Shown: positions 37,333 to 40,660 of the stretch, piece by piece | Layout of the letters: every line of letters begins with the position of its first letter | Position numbering within the stretch: the first letter of the stretch is position 1 | Assembly (NCBI GenBank): GCA_005793655.1 | Contig: SXRC01000025.1 | Coordinates: forward strand, 1 to 40,660 | Length of the DNA: 40,660 nucleotides | Reading direction: 5' to 3' | Origin: Actinomycetota bacterium | GTDB lineage: Bacteria; Actinomycetota; Actinomycetes; Nanopelagicales; Nanopelagicaceae | Program-made: the position numbers and the translations under genes | The notes under the pieces: model-generated | What the model was told of the DNA's origin: nothing | What the model saw: only the letters and a program-made list of their open reading frames with translations | Databases searched by the model: none

Positions 37333-38442
37333 ATGATGAGCCAAGAATTACCAGGTAGAGTAAATCGAAGTGATCTCAAACTTTCTGATGGCCGCACTAT
37401 TTCATATTATGACTCTTCAAAAATAGAGAGAGTCGCACAAGATAAACGGGTAGAAAAAAATCAACCTGGAATTGGTCATCTACGCCTTGATCCATTGGTT
37501 AATGAATGGGTAGCTGTTGCATCCCACCGGCAACACAGAGTTTTTCTGCCACCGAAAAATCTCTGCCCACTGTGTGCCAGTAAGGGTGAAAAATTAACCG
37601 AGATCCCTGATGGTGATTATGAGGTTGTAGTTTTTGGAAATAAATCACCAGCCCTTACCACCCCAGGTAGTAATTGGAAGTTGCCACAGATAAATGGAAT
37701 TGATACCCCAAATGCAGATGCAGCTGGTGCCTGTGAGGTGGTTTGTTACACATCAGATCATGAATCAAGTTTTGCAAAATTAAGTGAAAAACAAATTAGA
37801 ACTGTATTAGAGGCTTGGAAGGATCGAGATGCCGCCCTGTCAAAGTTAGATTATATTGAGTATGTTTTTCCATTTGAAAATAGAGGCGAAGAGGTTGGCG
37901 TAACTATCTCTCATCCACATGGGCAGATATATGCCTACTCATTTGTGCCACCACGAGTTGAGAAGATGTTGCAAGCAGCAGATGCGCACCTTAAAAAAAC
38001 TGGCAGAATATTGCTAGATGATGTAATAACTCGAGAGATTAAAGATAAGAAGCGAATAATTTGTGAAAATACCGAATGGATCGCCTATGTGCCATACGCT
38101 GCAAGATATCCATTTGAAATACATATCGTGCCAAAACGCTCGGTGCCATCCTTGCAAGATTTAGATCAATCACAATCTGAGCAGTTTGCAGCTGTAGCAA
38201 AGCAGGCTTTAAGTAGATTAGATGGGGTATTTGGAATTGAAATGGCCTATATCGCCTCTTGGTATCAAGCGCCAGTAAATGTTGGTCGAAATAGTATGCG
38301 CTTGCATTGGCAAATAGTTTCAGTTAGACGCCAGCCTGGAAAACTAAAGTATTTATCTGGATCAGAATCTGCAATGGGCGCTTTTATTATGGATTTAGAG
38401 CCCGAGCAATCTGCCGAACAACTAAAAGCGGTTAAATATTAA
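37333..38442 (+). CDS. galT: Galactose-1-phosphate uridylyltransferase
   Basis: CPLC, CEVVCY, FENRGEEVGVTISHPHGQIY (HPH), KLKYLSGSES. Leaderless (TACGCT, 6 nt). Confidence 0.93.
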   Translation: MMSQELPGRVNRSDLKLSDGRTISYYDSSKIERVAQDKRVEKNQPGIGHLRLDPLVNEWVAVASHRQHRVFLPPKNLCPLCASKGEKLTEIPDGDYEVVVFGNKSPALTTPGSNWKLPQINGIDTPNADAAGACEVVCYTSDHESSFAKLSEKQIRTVLEAWKDRDAALSKLDYIEYVFPFENRGEEVGVTISHPHGQIYAYSFVPPRVEKMLQAADAHLKKTGRILLDDVITREIKDKKRIICENTEWIAYVPYAARYPFEIHIVPKRSVPSLQDLDQSQSEQFAAVAKQALSRLDGVFGIEMAYIASWYQAPVNVGRNSMRLHWQIVSVRRQPGKLKYLSGSESAMGAFIMDLEPEQSAEQLKAVKY

Positions 38443-38678
38443 TTAATGGGAGTTACTGATAGGACCTCGACCCCACCAATAGCGGTTAAAACATTGACTA
38501 AATCAGTTGGATCACTACCTGGAACTGCAATTGTTATGTCATCTATACCGCGACCATTCTCACTGCGCAGAACAATCAAGCCACGAATATCCCCGCCTGC
38601 AAAACCAATAGCGGATGCGACCGCGCCTAGAGAACCTGGGCGATCTGGCAGTGCAACTTGCAGTCGATATAACCCCAT
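38439..38678 (-). CDS. Stand-alone ACT-domain protein
   Basis: YRLQVALPDRPGSLGAVASAIGFAGGDI ACT signature. Confidence 0.85.
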   Translation of the reverse strand: MGLYRLQVALPDRPGSLGAVASAIGFAGGDIRGLIVLRSENGRGIDDITIAVPGSDPTDLVNVLTAIGGVEVLSVTPIN

Positions 38679-38679
38679 G

Positions 38680-38752
38680 CTCCCTGACTTGGACTCGAAC
38701 CAAGAACCTGCCGGTTAACAGCCGGCTGCTCTGCCAATTGAGCTATCAGGGA
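38680..38752 (-). tRNA. tRNA-Asn(GTT), CCA not encoded
   Basis: TCCCTGA TA GCTCAATTGGCAGAGC A GCCGG CT-GTT-AA CCGGC AGGTT CTTGG TTCGAGT CCAAG TCAGGGA G; full cloverleaf. Confidence 0.97.
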
Positions 38753-38755
38753 TTA

Positions 38756-38779
38756 CGCCAATCTAATTAAAGATTGGTG
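38756..38779 (-). promoter_or_regulatory. Hairpin in the tRNA-Asn 5' leader, just downstream of a TACTAT -10 candidate
   Basis: Plus strand reads CGCCAATCT-AATTAA-AGATTGGTG. ATAGTA (TACTAT on minus) lies at ~38786-38791. Function not established. Confidence 0.45.
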
Positions 38780-38832
38780 AGGTAAATAGTAGCGAATATC
38801 TAAACTCTCTCAAACCTAGCCTGATATCAGGT

Positions 38833-40641
38833 TTAACTCTCTCCCAATGCCAACTCTTTTTGCACCCGCCGTGCTGCCTCCATGCCAACTAATTGCCCAA
38901 ATATCTCTTGGTACTGCGCATCATTTTCAACTGGACTTAATCTTTGCAGGGTGGATTTAATCTCTGCAATTGATCGACTCAATGCCACTTCACGCAACCT
39001 TGCAAAAATACTAATGATGTAACGATCTGAGACCTCACCATCTGTCCTGATTGGCTCCACAATTAACTCGGTAATCAATGATTTCAGTTCATCTCGATCA
39101 GATGTTTCTAATAATTGTTGAATATTAAACTCTGTTTGCCCATCAATTAATTTACGAAGATCAGCATAGAGTGCAAAGGAGAAAGCTGCCGGCTCTAAAT
39201 CGACCCAACTGTGGGCTAATTCAGGCAGCTGCAATTTAACCTTTAATACTTCACGCTCTAAAATCAGTACTGGATCGGTGAGATTAATTCGTTTATCACT
39301 TTGTATCTGCTCAGATTTACCGCTAACTTTGACCGCTTTTGAAACAATATCAACCTCCATACCCAACCAACCAGCAAGTAATCTGACATATTCTGGACGC
39401 AAGGATGCATCCCTAATCTTGCCAATTAACGGTGCTACCTGGTTTAGCGCATTTACTCTTCCTTCAGCTGCAGTAATATCGTAATTAGCAATTACTGATT
39501 TGATTGCAAACTCAAATAATGGAACTCGCCTGGCAACTAAGTTGCGAACTGCATCATCACCATGGGCTTGGCGTAATTCACATGGATCCATGCCATTTGG
39601 TTCAACTGCCACAAAAGTTTGTGCCACAAACTTTTGATCATCTTCAAATGCACGCAGTGCTGCTTTTTGACCAGCTGCATCACCATCAAAGGTGAAGATA
39701 ACCTCACCACGAAATGCATCGGCATCCATCAGTAATCTTCTAATAATTCTTATATGTTCATCACCAAAAGCGGTGCCACAAGTGGCAACTGCAGTTATAA
39801 CACCAGATAAGTGAGCCGCCATTACATCGGTATACCCCTCCACAATTACAACTTGGCGATTTTTTGCAATCTCTTTTTTAGCCATATCTAAGCCGTATAA
39901 AATCTGATTCTTTTTATAAACAGGAGTTTCAGGTGAATTTAAATACTTTGGACCAGTATCAACCTCATCACTTGCTAATTTTCTGGCTCCAAAGCCAACA
40001 ACATCACCAGAGATATCTTTCACTGGCCAGATTAATCGATTGCGATATCGATCGATCATTCCCTTACTTCCCTCTTTGACTAACCCTGCCAAATTCAACT
40101 CCTCATCGGTAAAACCTTTGCCTTTGAGGTTTTTATATAAACCATCCCACTCATCTGGGGCGTAACCAACATTAAAGTTCTTTGCTGCATCACGATCAAA
40201 ACCCCGTTTAGTTAAAAAATCTCGACCATGTTGGGCTGCTGGTAGCTGTAATTGCTCTTGATAAAAAATAGATGCAGCTGTATTTGCAGCAACCAACCGT
40301 GAGCGATTAATTGATGGGCCAATACTCACACCAGAGCTTTCATACTTCAAGGTGTAACCAATTCGCTCAGCTAGCCGCTCCACTGTTTCAGTAAAGGTTA
40401 AATGTTCTAACTTCATGATAAACGCAATTACATCACCACCTGCTTGGCAGCCAAAGCAGTGGAAAAAACCTTTACTTGGTGTTACATGAAAGGAGGGAGA
40501 TTTTTCATCATGAAATGGACAAAGACCTTTTTTCTGTCCACCGCCAGCATTTTTAAGTTGCACATAATCACTCACCACATCATCAAGTGCACTGTGATCG
40601 CGCACATATGTGACATCTTCTGCCTTAATTCTTCCCGCCAT
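38833..40641 (-). CDS. dnaG: DNA primase
   Basis: CPFHDEKSPSF...CFGC zinc finger, PKYLNSPET, VEGYTDV, FDGDAAG TOPRIM, GMDP. Actinobacterial MAGRI N-terminus, leaderless. Confidence 0.98.
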   Translation of the reverse strand: MAGRIKAEDVTYVRDHSALDDVVSDYVQLKNAGGGQKKGLCPFHDEKSPSFHVTPSKGFFHCFGCQAGGDVIAFIMKLEHLTFTETVERLAERIGYTLKYESSGVSIGPSINRSRLVAANTAASIFYQEQLQLPAAQHGRDFLTKRGFDRDAAKNFNVGYAPDEWDGLYKNLKGKGFTDEELNLAGLVKEGSKGMIDRYRNRLIWPVKDISGDVVGFGARKLASDEVDTGPKYLNSPETPVYKKNQILYGLDMAKKEIAKNRQVVIVEGYTDVMAAHLSGVITAVATCGTAFGDEHIRIIRRLLMDADAFRGEVIFTFDGDAAGQKAALRAFEDDQKFVAQTFVAVEPNGMDPCELRQAHGDDAVRNLVARRVPLFEFAIKSVIANYDITAAEGRVNALNQVAPLIGKIRDASLRPEYVRLLAGWLGMEVDIVSKAVKVSGKSEQIQSDKRINLTDPVLILEREVLKVKLQLPELAHSWVDLEPAAFSFALYADLRKLIDGQTEFNIQQLLETSDRDELKSLITELIVEPIRTDGEVSDRYIISIFARLREVALSRSIAEIKSTLQRLSPVENDAQYQEIFGQLVGMEAARRVQKELALGES

Positions 40642-40660
40642 GCTTCCTATCCTAGTTTCA

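Noticed and set aside
158-39725. Numerous short ORFs in the track overlapping real genes (e.g. 158..397, 2240..2668, 7905..8285, 14082..14513, 23436..23792, 38446..38718)
   Set aside because: They are antisense or alternate-frame shadows of well-supported CDSs with no recognisable motifs.
1-40660. CRISPR array, tandem repeats, prophage or defence genes
   Set aside because: No regularly spaced repeats and no cas, phage or defence motifs seen on either strand.

Overview
A low-GC (roughly 40% by eye), very gene-dense actinobacterial region. The dnaG/galT sequences, frequent leaderless starts and overlapping stops suggest freshwater acI/Nanopelagicales (inference). From the 3' end of a tRNA (1-24) to galT (37333) runs an ~37 kb accessory catabolic region. 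It encodes three groups of enzymes. (1) Entry routes: a TDO-family protein, a formamidase-like hydrolase, kynureninase, an isatin-hydrolase-like cyclase and IorAB. (2) An anthraniloyl-CoA module: AbmG-like ligase, AbmA, SDR, Rid protein, thioesterase, BadI/MenB-like ring hydrolase and thiolase. (3) Additional enzymes: a split B12-dependent acyl-CoA mutase with an altered substrate pocket plus MeaB, the 2-methylcitrate cycle (prpBCD), two phytoene-dehydrogenase-like flavoproteins, and an AKR/SDR/lactonase module. I see no transcription factor, transporter, integrase, IS element or CRISPR array. The right end is core genome: galT, an ACT-domain protein starting 1 nt after tRNA-Asn, and dnaG. The best candidate novel system is a mosaic indole/tryptophan-derivative degradation network converging on anthraniloyl-CoA and using a non-canonical B12 mutase. 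All family assignments come from motif recognition by eye; no searches were run.
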